Positions 10,170 through 18,820 of a DNA stretch of 64,000 nt are shown here, piece after piece; within the stretch, counting starts at the first letter, position 1; the number at the start of each line of letters is the position of its first letter. This stretch comes from Nitrososphaerota archaeon (GTDB lineage: Archaea > Thermoproteota > Nitrososphaeria_A > Caldarchaeales > Caldarchaeaceae). Both the position numbers and the translations under genes were made by a program. The DNA is taken from positions 224,001 to 288,000 of the forward strand of contig JBEPYN010000002.1 in the NCBI GenBank assembly GCA_041641305.1. Direction: 5' to 3'. The notes below the pieces were generated by a model. That model did no database searches, was not told where the DNA came from, and worked only from the letters and a program-made list of their open reading frames with translations.

Positions 10170-11096
10170 ATGCTTTTTTGGATGTTTTTGTTTGTTCTGT
10201 ATGTGGTGTTTTATACTTTTGAGGATGTTGTGAGGGTTTTGCAGGTTTTTCAGGAGATGCCTTCTGCGGTTAGTGAGGAGTTGCGGGGTTGGAGGTGGCG
10301 TGAGCCTCCGCTTCTTTCTCCGTATAGTGTTCGGGTTAATGCTTCTGATCTTTCTTTTGGATGTGATTCGGGTCGGTTGGCTTATCTTCGTCATGTTGCG
10401 GGGGTTAGGGAGAGGGCTGGTGAGGAGCTGTTTTTGGGTTCTGCTGTGCATAGTGCGGTTGTGGAGGCTTCGACTGCGGCTAAGGGGATTCTTTATCATA
10501 GGAGGCCGGAGAGTGGCCGTGTTTTGTATGAGTTGATGATGGATATGGGTGAGGATATTCGTGGGAGGCGTGTTTTCAGGGGGTTTGAGAGGGTGTTTGA
10601 CTCGTTGTGGAGCTCTGCGTGTTTGACCTATTCTTCTTGTCTGGATCGTGTTTTGTCTCTTTCGCGTCATCTTGGCTGGGATGGTGTTGTTTACAGGGTT
10701 GTGCCGTGGGTTTGTGAGTTTCCTGTGGACGGTAGACCTTTGGGCCTTAACCGTGCCATCAGGATTGATGCCTTGATTCCGCCCTCGATTTTGGTGGAGT
10801 TTAAGACGCGGCGTCCTTCGCGTCTTCATGAGGTTGCTTTGGCGGGTTATGCCTTGTCTTTTGAGGCTCAGTTTAGGGTTCCGGTGAATCATGCCTTGCT
10901 TCTTTACGTGGATGTGAAGAGGGATGGTTCTTACAAGGTTTATGAGCATTTTGTTCATGTGGATGATGAGTTGAGGCTGGAGTTTGTTGAACGGCGTGAC
11001 CTGTATTGCCGGGTTGTTGCGGAGGGGGTTGACCCCGGTCTTCCACCTGAGTGTGACAGATACTGTCCATATCTGAAATTCTGCCGTTCTGCATAG
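10170..11096 (+). CDS. csa1: CRISPR-associated Cas4/Csa1 (type I-A Cas4a)
   Basis: VSEELRGWRW..PPL motif, N-terminal Cys, RIDA...VEFKT nuclease motif, LAGYALSFEA, C-terminal C-x3-C-x5-C Fe-S ligands; true start likely GTG 10206 (MFYTFEDV). Confidence 0.9.
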   Translation: MLFWMFLFVLYVVFYTFEDVVRVLQVFQEMPSAVSEELRGWRWREPPLLSPYSVRVNASDLSFGCDSGRLAYLRHVAGVRERAGEELFLGSAVHSAVVEASTAAKGILYHRRPESGRVLYELMMDMGEDIRGRRVFRGFERVFDSLWSSACLTYSSCLDRVLSLSRHLGWDGVVYRVVPWVCEFPVDGRPLGLNRAIRIDALIPPSILVEFKTRRPSRLHEVALAGYALSFEAQFRVPVNHALLLYVDVKRDGSYKVYEHFVHVDDELRLEFVERRDLYCRVVAEGVDPGLPPECDRYCPYLKFCRSA

Positions 11097-11175
11097 TGGG
11101 CGAGAGCCAGCGCCTCAGCAAACTAATTCAAACCACCTTTTTTCAACATTTTCGCAAAACCAAACAAGTGAAACG

Positions 11176-11538
11176 CTTTCAATTCCCTCTTGCGGGATCA
11201 GAGGAGAATAAGCTGTTGCGGGAGACTTTGCACGACTATGAGCAGCTTTCAATTCCCTCTTGCGGGATCAGATGAGAATTGGCGGGCAGGCGGGCGGGCG
11301 GGCAAAGTTTCACTTTCAATTCCCTCTTGCGGGATCAGTGCATATTCCACTAAACACTGTAAAAAATCTTCCCCGACGATAAGCTTTCAATTCCCTCTTG
11401 CGGGATCAGACTGACATGATGTAGCCTTTTCTAAGTGTCCTGGGCCTTTCAATTCCCTCTTGCGGGATCAGTTGTCTTGCATCCCGTAAAAACTCCCTAA
11501 CTTTTTTTGTGACTTTCAATTCCCTCTTGCGGGATCAG
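11176..11538 (-). CRISPR. CRISPR array: 6 identical 26-bp repeats, 5 spacers (44, 41, 45, 36, 41 bp)
   Basis: CTTTCAATTCCCTCTTGCGGGATCAG at 11176, 11246, 11313, 11384, 11446, 11513; the minus-strand repeat CTGATCCCGCAAGAGGGAATTGAAAG ends in the ATTGAAAG handle and has a TCCC/GGGA stem. Confidence 0.98.
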
Positions 11539-11700
11539 TGTGCGTTTTTCCCTTGTTTTTTGAATCTCTGCGGCGTTTTGTCGCCGCTTGTTTTCAAGCT
11601 ATAATTGTTTAGGTGTTCTATTTAGGTTTACCCCACCAAATACACCATAAAACCTTATAAACAATGCACCAAACATGCGGCAAACTTCTACAGGTGTTAT
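11539..11700 (-). promoter_or_regulatory. CRISPR leader
   Basis: AT-rich non-coding segment on the 5' side of the minus-strand array; TTTATAAG TATA-like element near 11654-11661; GCGGCG-N6-CGCCGC inverted repeat 11570-11587. Confidence 0.7.
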
Positions 11701-11790
11701 GTGCCGAGGTTAGGCATAAGCTCACCAAGCCGGGAAGAAAAATAAAGCAGCTACGGGCCCTTCCCACAACATTTCAATCAAGGTTAACGC

Positions 11791-12384
11791 TCACACTGTT
11801 CCTCTTCTGATGGGCAGAACGTCGAGGTTGGCTTTCAGGAGCGCATCTACTGGATGCACGCCGTTTGCTATGTTGCAGAGGAGCGCTAAAGCCAGCTGGC
11901 TTCCCAACCTGTTTTTAGGCACCTTAATGCCCAGAAGGTTTAGCGTCTCATCGAGCTCACGCTGCCTACTCTCAGGCCTTCCAGCGAAATTGATGTCTTC
12001 TTGCTCGAAGATCCACGCCAAAGCATAGAGAATGTACTCCAAATCATACCCGGGAAGATCATTAACGACATGTCTAAACCTCTCGACAACATCTGCAATG
12101 TTCGCGCCTTGCCAAACCTTCACGATAGCTTTTAGGACCTGCATGGCTTTCGTCCTGTCGGCACATATTTTACCGTAGAAATCTATGGCGAAGTGGGCGT
12201 GCTTGGGAGTGTATGACCTGATACGTGGCTCAAGCTGGTAAACAGTTCTCACCTTGAAGTCGCGTTCAGATTTGCTGTCCTCGGTTTTGAGCAGTATCCA
12301 TCCGTTGCTGAGCTTGACAACCTCAAGTATTCTCCTTCTATTCCTGCCTCTGCCAAAATATTCGCCAACCGACAGCGTGGTCAA
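11791..12384 (-). CDS. Hypothetical protein coupled to DNA methyltransferase (candidate restriction/effector subunit)
   Basis: 197-aa ORF whose TTG start overlaps the MTase TGA (TTGA); function inferred from context only. Confidence 0.65.
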   Translation of the reverse strand: MTTLSVGEYFGRGRNRRRILEVVKLSNGWILLKTEDSKSERDFKVRTVYQLEPRIRSYTPKHAHFAIDFYGKICADRTKAMQVLKAIVKVWQGANIADVVERFRHVVNDLPGYDLEYILYALAWIFEQEDINFAGRPESRQRELDETLNLLGIKVPKNRLGSQLALALLCNIANGVHPVDALLKANLDVLPIRRGTV

Positions 12385-13298
12385 ATCTTCGTTAACCAGC
12401 CGCTCAACGACAATCTGCCGCGTTCTTCCTCGTTTTCAGGCCTTCTGAAGATGTAGAGATGTTCATGAGCTATTTTGTGGAAACCATACTGTTCAAAATT
12501 TTTTCCACGCCATTTTTCACGCGTCGTCTTCATTTTGTGCTGCAGCTTGATTATATCCTCTGCCAGAACAAACCCGGTTTGCAGGAATTTCATCATCACG
12601 TAAGTGGAAATGGGTACGTAGTGTTTGTGTTTTCTCGTGTCTCCGATGAGTATTGCACAGTGTCGCCCCGGTTTCAGAACGCGGTAGGATTCACGGGCTA
12701 TCTGCATTATTTTTCCCAGATAGTCTTCGAGCTTTCTGTATGCTGAGAGGTCACCTTCAGGTCTTTTGTGGGAGTAGGGTATGATGTTCCAGTATGGTGG
12801 ATGCGTCGCTATCAGATCTATGCTCTCGTCCTCGATGACGTCGAGGTTGGCTGCGTCTCCCTGATATACTCTTATCTCGGTCCGCCTGTCGCCGTCAAGC
12901 TGCTGGAACTCGAAGTTGAGCCTGTCCAGCGCGAGTATGCAAGCTTCATAGTTGATGTCGACGCCTATCGCGTTTCGCCCCAAGAGTTTTGCCTCGACCA
13001 ACGTGGTTCCCGAGCCGCACATCTGGTCCAGCACAAGCTCGCCGGGCTTGGTGTATTTTAGAATCAGGTTTCTCGGGACATAGGGGCTCCAGTTTCCCCT
13101 GTAGTCACCGGAGTGTGTGGCCCAGTCGCCGCGGTCCGGGAAACTCCAGACGGTCGTAGTCTCGAGATTGTATGATGCCGGTGGACTGTAGGAAGTGATT
13201 CTATGGGGTTTCCCTATCTCTATCCTTACATCCTCCACCTCAACATAGCCTTTCTCAGCCACATAGCGGCGATAATCCTCCCAAGTGACCGGCCTCAT
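12381..13298 (-). CDS. DNA amino-methyltransferase (N4-C/N6-A family)
   Basis: TTVWSFPDRGDWATH..YRGNWSP, VLDQMCGSGTT (motif I), GVDIN, DLIATHPPY (motif IV), RVLKPG; start ATG 13298. Confidence 0.85.
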   Translation of the reverse strand: MRPVTWEDYRRYVAEKGYVEVEDVRIEIGKPHRITSYSPPASYNLETTTVWSFPDRGDWATHSGDYRGNWSPYVPRNLILKYTKPGELVLDQMCGSGTTLVEAKLLGRNAIGVDINYEACILALDRLNFEFQQLDGDRRTEIRVYQGDAANLDVIEDESIDLIATHPPYWNIIPYSHKRPEGDLSAYRKLEDYLGKIMQIARESYRVLKPGRHCAILIGDTRKHKHYVPISTYVMMKFLQTGFVLAEDIIKLQHKMKTTREKWRGKNFEQYGFHKIAHEHLYIFRRPENEEERGRLSLSGWLTKI

Positions 13299-13413
13299 GC
13301 TAGTCAACACAAACTGTGAAGAACCTGTGTCCAACAGCACCCCACACGTACCGCTCACTTCACCCTCTTAAGCCTTTACAGAACATAGCTCACCGCGTCA
13401 AGGTGCAAGTGGC

Positions 13414-13710
13414 TCATGGTTTGAAGGCATATTTCTGCTCAAGGACATGGTATAGGTTTTCGTCACACACGAATGTGAAAGTGGGGATGCCTACGATTTT
13501 TATCTTCCCGTCGATGATGAGCGTGGGCACGGCGCGGACACGATACCTTTTCACAAGATCCTCCACAGCGTTGTAGTTTTTTGACAGGTCATAAACCGTG
13601 AAGCTGCAGCCTGCACATTTGCCCAGCTCAACCATAGCCCGCACTCTCCTGCACAGAGGACAGTCCGAGACAAACAGCTCAAGCCTATGAGGTACACTCA
13701 ACACGTTCAT
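13414..13710 (-). CDS. Thioredoxin/glutaredoxin-like protein
   Basis: CPLC, second CAGC, Y.VRAVPTLIIDGK cis-Pro motif. Confidence 0.85.
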   Translation of the reverse strand: MNVLSVPHRLELFVSDCPLCRRVRAMVELGKCAGCSFTVYDLSKNYNAVEDLVKRYRVRAVPTLIIDGKIKIVGIPTFTFVCDENLYHVLEQKYAFKP

Positions 13711-13720
13711 TCAAAATATT

Positions 13721-14350
13721 TTAACGTTGCCTGTCCCCCAGTTTTGCGAGTATTTTTTCCCAGTCGATTCTCGTTATTAGGTAGATGAGGAACATGGCGG
13801 CTGCTGCTGACGCCGCTGCTAGCATGATTGTCTGGAGGGGGTTTAGCTGCCCTGCTGTGCATTCGATTATTGTGCATGCGAGGGAGCTCCAGTAAAGGGC
13901 GGTGTAGGCTGCTATGGTTGTTATGAGGAGTTTGCCGGCGAAGACTGTGGGGAGGAAGAGTTTGCTGCTGTAGTTGGCTATTGCGAGGAGGATGTAGATG
14001 ATGTCGTCGGGGAGAGGTGTGGCGGCTGCGGCGAGGACGGCGAACCAGCCGTGACGTGCGACAAGCTGCTCAAGAGGCTGAATCCTTCTCCTCGTCTCGT
14101 CGCTTATCAACACACGGCCGCCTTTGAAGAACCTGAAGAGAACAAGCTTCGCCGACGCCGCCCCAGCCGCGCTGGCCAAAGCCGTCGGCAACGGGTCAAG
14201 CTTCCCAGCCATCACGGCGATGATGATGGGGGGAATGTATGGCCCCGAGACGAATGGGAGGAGGCTTCCAAGAAAGCTCGCGGCGAGGACGCCGACATAG
14301 CCATACGCCGTCAACCCCTCCCAGAAAGCCTGCGAGAAAATGTCCATCAA
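13721..14350 (-). CDS. DedA/VTT-domain membrane protein
   Basis: YGYVGV...F, AATPLPDD, F...FAGK DedA-type signature. Confidence 0.8.
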   Translation of the reverse strand: MMDIFSQAFWEGLTAYGYVGVLAASFLGSLLPFVSGPYIPPIIIAVMAGKLDPLPTALASAAGAASAKLVLFRFFKGGRVLISDETRRRIQPLEQLVARHGWFAVLAAAATPLPDDIIYILLAIANYSSKLFLPTVFAGKLLITTIAAYTALYWSSLACTIIECTAGQLNPLQTIMLAAASAAAAMFLIYLITRIDWEKILAKLGDRQR

Positions 14351-14422
14351 AGTTTTGTGATGCAGGTTTGCTTTAACCCTTTTTCCCGCCGTTAAGGTTG
14401 TTAAGATGTTTGGATTGGATGT

Positions 14423-15760
14423 TTGTTGTTGCGTGTCATTGGGTTGCGTGGCGTCGGAGATGTTGCGGCCGCGTTGAGAAGTGGGTTATCCGCTGTTGAG
14501 CCAGGTGCTTTGATACGGCGTGCGGTGAAGCGGCGTGGCGGACATCTACACATCGCGGGGCATTTGGTTGAGCTGAGACGGTTCCACGACTTCGTCATAG
14601 TCGGTGGAGGAAAGGCTGCGGAGGGAATGGCGGCCGAGATGCTGCGTCTCCTCAACGGATTAGATGTGAGAGGTGTGGTCGTTGTCCCACGTGGATACAG
14701 GTTGAGACGGCGTCTCACCCCACTTGAGGTCCTCCAAGCAAGCCACCCCCTACCGGATAGCTCCAGCGAGGAGGCGGGAAAACGGATACTCGAAACAGTA
14801 TCATCATGCAGCAGAGACTCGCTCGTCTTTGTTCTCGTCTCAGGCGGTTTCTCAGCGTTGGCAGCCGTGCCCGCCGAAGGTGTATCGCTACAGGACAAGC
14901 TTGAGACGACTTCTGCGCTGCTGAGAGCCGGAGCTTCCATCGATGAGTTGAACACGGTGAGGAAGCATCTCTCAGCATTCAAGGGTGGATGGCTTGCGAA
15001 AAACCTTAGATGCAGGGCCTTCACCCTCATACTCTCCGACGTTGTCGGCGACCGTGTCGACGTGATAGGCTCGGGGCCAACGGCGCCAGACCCTACAACC
15101 TACCAAGACGCCCTCGATGTTTTAAGGAAACATGGTGTCAAGGTGCCTGAGAATGTTTGGCGACGGCTGCGTCTCGGCGCCGAGGGAGTATATTCTGAGA
15201 CGCCTAAGCCCGGTGACCCATGTTTCAGACATGTTGTGAACGTGGTTGTCGGCGGCTGTATAGACGCTGTGAAAGCAGCTGCGGCGGAGATGCGGCGTAG
15301 AGGTTACAGGGTTGTTGCGTTGACGAGCGGCGTGGTGGGGGAGGCGAGAAACGTTGCAAACATCTTCGCGGCAGTGGCCCATGATGTTGTGAAACACGGC
15401 ATCCCCCATCCTCCGCCCTTCGCGCTGGTGGCAGGCGGTGAAACAACCGTTACCGTCCGAGGCCCTGGCAGAGGAGGCCGCAACCAGGAGCTGGTCCTGG
15501 CCACCCTACATCTCTTGAGAGATGTGCCGAGGTTTGTTTTTGCATCACTTGGCACGGACGGGGTTGACGGCGTAACCGATGCAGCAGGCGCAGCCGCAAC
15601 CCATCAGTCCCTCAGAAACGCGGCCCAAAAAGGGCTGGACCCCATCCATTACCTCGAGAACAACGACTCCTACACATTTTTCTCAAAAGCGGGTGGGCTG
15701 ATTCTCACGGGGCCCACAGGCACAAATGTAGGCGACCTGATGATTCTCGCCATCAGGTAG
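14423..15760 (+). CDS. Glycerate 2-kinase (MOFRL/TtuD family)
   Basis: GGGKAA, HPLPD, SGG.SAL, ELNTVRKHLS..KGG, SDVVGD, GGETTV, GGRNQE, TDGVDG, TGPTGTNV. Confidence 0.93.
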   Translation: MLLRVIGLRGVGDVAAALRSGLSAVEPGALIRRAVKRRGGHLHIAGHLVELRRFHDFVIVGGGKAAEGMAAEMLRLLNGLDVRGVVVVPRGYRLRRRLTPLEVLQASHPLPDSSSEEAGKRILETVSSCSRDSLVFVLVSGGFSALAAVPAEGVSLQDKLETTSALLRAGASIDELNTVRKHLSAFKGGWLAKNLRCRAFTLILSDVVGDRVDVIGSGPTAPDPTTYQDALDVLRKHGVKVPENVWRRLRLGAEGVYSETPKPGDPCFRHVVNVVVGGCIDAVKAAAAEMRRRGYRVVALTSGVVGEARNVANIFAAVAHDVVKHGIPHPPPFALVAGGETTVTVRGPGRGGRNQELVLATLHLLRDVPRFVFASLGTDGVDGVTDAAGAAATHQSLRNAAQKGLDPIHYLENNDSYTFFSKAGGLILTGPTGTNVGDLMILAIR

Positions 15761-16790
15761 AGAAGACCCAGGAGAGGTCTGGCTTGTGTTTTCGTTCGCC
15801 GACTCTTTCGTGTAGGTAGTGGCTGATGAGGGGCAGGGCTATGGTTGCGTCGCAGAAACACTGGACAGCGGAGCCTTCGGATGTCTCTTTTCCCCAGCTT
15901 TTACCTTCCTCGAGCGTGGCCCCGGATAAGCCGCCCCAGTGAGGGTTGTCGGTTGTTATCTGGACGGCGTAGCGGTGTGGCCTCGTCGCCAACGGATCTC
16001 CTCTCTCGAGTATGTCAACCGCGACGGCTGATAGCTGGATGAAGTCTTTGGGCACACCTCCTCCGATGAAGACAGCTGCACTATCGCGCTGCCTGCCACG
16101 AATCCTGACAAGCTGCTCATAGTCTTTGAAGTGGTCGAGGACGAGTGTAAATCGGGGTCTGCGGTTTTTGTTGATGATGTATGCGACGCCGTATGCGCTG
16201 TCTTCGATGGCTGGGCTGAAGACGGGCACGCCTGCTCTGTATGCTGCTTGGACTATTCCGTGGATGTTGCGTTGGTCGAGCCATTTGCCGAAGAGGTGGA
16301 GGAACTCAGCTGAGGACATGGGTTTAGTGTTGTCGAGGGTCAGCATGAAGTCGGCGATCATCTCCTCCATCTTGATGTAGTCCTTTTCTTTGACGAAGAC
16401 GTCGTGGAACCTGTAGATGCGGAGTCGGCGGAGGAGGTCGTCATCAATGTATGATGTGCCTGTGTAGTAGTTGAAGCCCATGGCGGCTATAAGGTCCTCG
16501 GAGATGTTGGCCCCCGTCGACACAACAACATCCACAAACCTTTTCTCAATGAGCCATTTGATGATTTTCCACTGGCCTGTTGTGCTGAGGGAGCCTGCGT
16601 ATCCGAGCATGATGACCGTGTCTTTTGCTTGTGCGGCTTTCGCCCATATCTCCGCCGCTAATGCGAGGTTTCTTCCCTGAAACCCTGTCAGCTTCATCTG
16701 GTCGAGGAGCTGGGCGATGGTTTTGTCGCCGACCTCGACTGCCTGAAGAGGTGTGTGAAGGAGCTGCGCTATCCGTGCCTCATGCTGCAT
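15753..16790 (-). CDS. dys: Deoxyhypusine synthase
   Basis: GFQGRNL, VSTGAN, FSPAI.DS, IGGGVPK, GGLSGATLEEGKSWGK, CDATIALP; real start ATG 16790 (MQHEAR). Confidence 0.92.
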   Translation of the reverse strand: MQHEARIAQLLHTPLQAVEVGDKTIAQLLDQMKLTGFQGRNLALAAEIWAKAAQAKDTVIMLGYAGSLSTTGQWKIIKWLIEKRFVDVVVSTGANISEDLIAAMGFNYYTGTSYIDDDLLRRLRIYRFHDVFVKEKDYIKMEEMIADFMLTLDNTKPMSSAEFLHLFGKWLDQRNIHGIVQAAYRAGVPVFSPAIEDSAYGVAYIINKNRRPRFTLVLDHFKDYEQLVRIRGRQRDSAAVFIGGGVPKDFIQLSAVAVDILERGDPLATRPHRYAVQITTDNPHWGGLSGATLEEGKSWGKETSEGSAVQCFCDATIALPLISHYLHERVGERKHKPDLSWVFST

Positions 16791-16812
16791 GTTTGATTGG
16801 TTGTTTGGTTTG

Positions 16813-17388
16813 TTAAAGGTTTTGTGTTTTTTGGCGTGCGAGCTGAACTGCTTTGTCCGCTGCTGCTTCGGGGTCGCTGGTGTAGTGGGCTGCGTTGATT
16901 TTTCTGTGGTCGAGGTGTCCGTCGGGATGCATTTGCGCGAGTATGTCTGATGGGTAGCCTGTTTCGGTGAGGATGATGAGTGGGATGCGGTAGATGTATG
17001 CGAGATGTGCTTCGATGATTGTTCCTGAGCCGCCTCCGAGGATGACGAAGCTGTCGCTGCTTCTGACGAGGCCGATGCTGCGTGCTTGGTAGGTTTGGCC
17101 GCTGCGGAAGACGATTGTGTTGTAGGGGTTGTATCGTGGATGGCTTTTGTCGATGAACTCATCCTCGTAGGGGATGACACCAACCGTTATCCCACCTCTT
17201 CGCACAAACTCTTCACACACAACACGCATCAAGCCCCCGTCACCACCAGTCAACAAAACAACCTCATTTCTGTAGTCACCAAGCCGCGCAGCAAACCTCC
17301 TCGCTTTCGCAACAGCCCCTGGCAAAGGCTCACGGTCACTTGAACAACCCACACCAATCTGCAGCACAGCCAACCAGCCGACAACCAC
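16813..17388 (-). CDS. LOG-family/Rossmann-fold nucleotide-binding protein (TIGR00725-like)
   Basis: LLTGG.GGLM, GGITVGVIP, R...LVRSSD, GGGSGTIIE. Confidence 0.85.
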   Translation of the reverse strand: MVVGWLAVLQIGVGCSSDREPLPGAVAKARRFAARLGDYRNEVVLLTGGDGGLMRVVCEEFVRRGGITVGVIPYEDEFIDKSHPRYNPYNTIVFRSGQTYQARSIGLVRSSDSFVILGGGSGTIIEAHLAYIYRIPLIILTETGYPSDILAQMHPDGHLDHRKINAAHYTSDPEAAADKAVQLARQKTQNL

Positions 17389-17419
17389 TATATATCCGAT
17401 AACAGGAACCGCGCGTTTA

Positions 17420-17533
17420 TGCGGGGGGTGGGATTTGAACCCACGAACCCCTTCGGGACAGGAGCCTCAGTCCTGCGCCGCTGGCTTTACCCAGCTGTGG
17501 GTGGGTAATTTGACCAGGCTTGGCGACCCCCGC
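17420..17533 (-). tRNA. tRNA-Leu(GAG) with 29-nt non-canonical intron at 21/22
   Basis: Acceptor GCGGGGG/CCCCCGC-A, anticodon arm CAGGA-CTGAGGC-TCCTG, long variable arm, GTTCAAATC T-loop; intron 17481-17509 with TTACCCA/TGGGTAA helix. Confidence 0.93.
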
Positions 17534-17566
17534 TGTGTTGAATAGCTTGTTCTCGGTATTTGTGTT

Positions 17567-18385
17567 TTATCGGGGGAGGATAGTTATGATCCGAGGGTTT
17601 TCGAGGAGTTTGAGGAGTGAGGAGGGTGTTGCCGATACATCTGCGCCATATACGGCGGTTGCTGTGGTGATGTTTTGTTCTCCTTCTCCGGTGAGCCATT
17701 CGCGTTCGGTTGGGGATTTGTCGAGGTAGCCGAACCATTTGACGATCTGTGCGTCAACGCCGCGGATGAGTGAGAGCATGTCGTCGGGTGGTAGCGGGTC
17801 TCTGAAGACGACGTAGCCTGTTACGGGTGTGTTGGGTGAGCTTGACTGTCTCTGCTGTATCCAAGCAGCCTCGGCCCTCCATTCGCGGCCGTATCCTATC
17901 CTGCCTCTCAGCCCCGTCGCATAAATTGTGCCATCGGGGTCGATTTCGAGGTTGAGCTCGGGCAGTGCGTTGGTGGGGTAGGGCTGCAGCGACGCAGGGC
18001 CTCCTACAGAGACGCCTGTGTCGGGGTTGTATATGCTTCCATGGCATGGGCACTGGAACTGTCGTTTCTCGGGGAAGTAGTCGTAGAGACACCATAGATG
18101 TACGCAGACTTTGCTGTATGCTTTGAGGTCGCCTGATGGAAGGTGGACGAGGATAAATTGTCTGAAGGGGTCGGAGTCGACGGTTGGGTCACCTGTGGCT
18201 GGGAACGGGAAAGTGAGCTTTGAGTTGACGGGAAAATCTTTCAGGTTGATCAGCCTCTGCCGGATTTGTCCAGATGCTGCCTCGGGCCTGAACAGGAAGC
18301 CTCCCCACGAGAGGAAGGGTGCCAATGTGATGAGAAGAGAGGAGCCCAGAGTGGCCTTCAGAAGAGTTCTACGGCGCTCAGCCAT
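17567..18385 (-). CDS. Rieske 2Fe-2S protein with Tat signal and C-terminal extension
   Basis: ERRRTLLK twin-Arg plus TM, CVHLWC and CPCHGSIY boxes. Confidence 0.92.
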   Translation of the reverse strand: MAERRRTLLKATLGSSLLITLAPFLSWGGFLFRPEAASGQIRQRLINLKDFPVNSKLTFPFPATGDPTVDSDPFRQFILVHLPSGDLKAYSKVCVHLWCLYDYFPEKRQFQCPCHGSIYNPDTGVSVGGPASLQPYPTNALPELNLEIDPDGTIYATGLRGRIGYGREWRAEAAWIQQRQSSSPNTPVTGYVVFRDPLPPDDMLSLIRGVDAQIVKWFGYLDKSPTEREWLTGEGEQNITTATAVYGADVSATPSSLLKLLENPRIITILPR

Positions 18386-18820
18386 GTTTGATGTTTGCCC
18401 CAGTTCTAATTTAAGGATTTACGTCTCATGGGGCAGGTGCCGAGAGAAACCTGGACACAGCTGTCTGCAGCCTTTTCGCACAAACAGTATGGCCAGTACT
18501 CCGGCGAGCACCACCATGCTGAGCAGGTTGATTATCGACGATGTGACAAGCCCCGGCGTTACAAACACCTGTATAGATGTGGGCATGAGTTTCACGGAGT
18601 AGGCTGCGGCAGCTTTCTCACCTAGTGCAACGGTGTCGCCAACCTATTCAAACAAGTATGCTGATGAAACGGATGTTCTCGAGAGTGTGCTGAGGTGGAT
18701 TGTGATTCATCGGTTGTTGGTTTTTTGCTGCTATTTGGGTGGATTTGGTTGTCTTTTTGACGGTTTTTATGGTTAAATAATGCTTTTTTGTCAAATGTAG
18801 TCACCGCGGTGTGATAAATA

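Noticed and set aside
10167-10958. 263-aa antisense ORF over csa1
   Set aside because: Low-complexity K/N/T/P/H/R-rich translation produced by the strong G/T skew of csa1; no motifs.
11202-11512. Self-targeting by spacers within the window
   Set aside because: No match noticed by eye; not exhaustively searched, so an alignment is still needed.
16791-17183. Ser-rich N-terminal extension of the 476-aa ORF
   Set aside because: Out-of-frame overlap with the LOG-family gene; deoxyhypusine synthase homology starts at ATG 16790.
18756-18795. TTTGAC-N28-GTCAAA inverted repeat around the glutamate synthase promoter
   Set aside because: A 6-bp match in a T-rich region is expected by chance; no regulator evidence.
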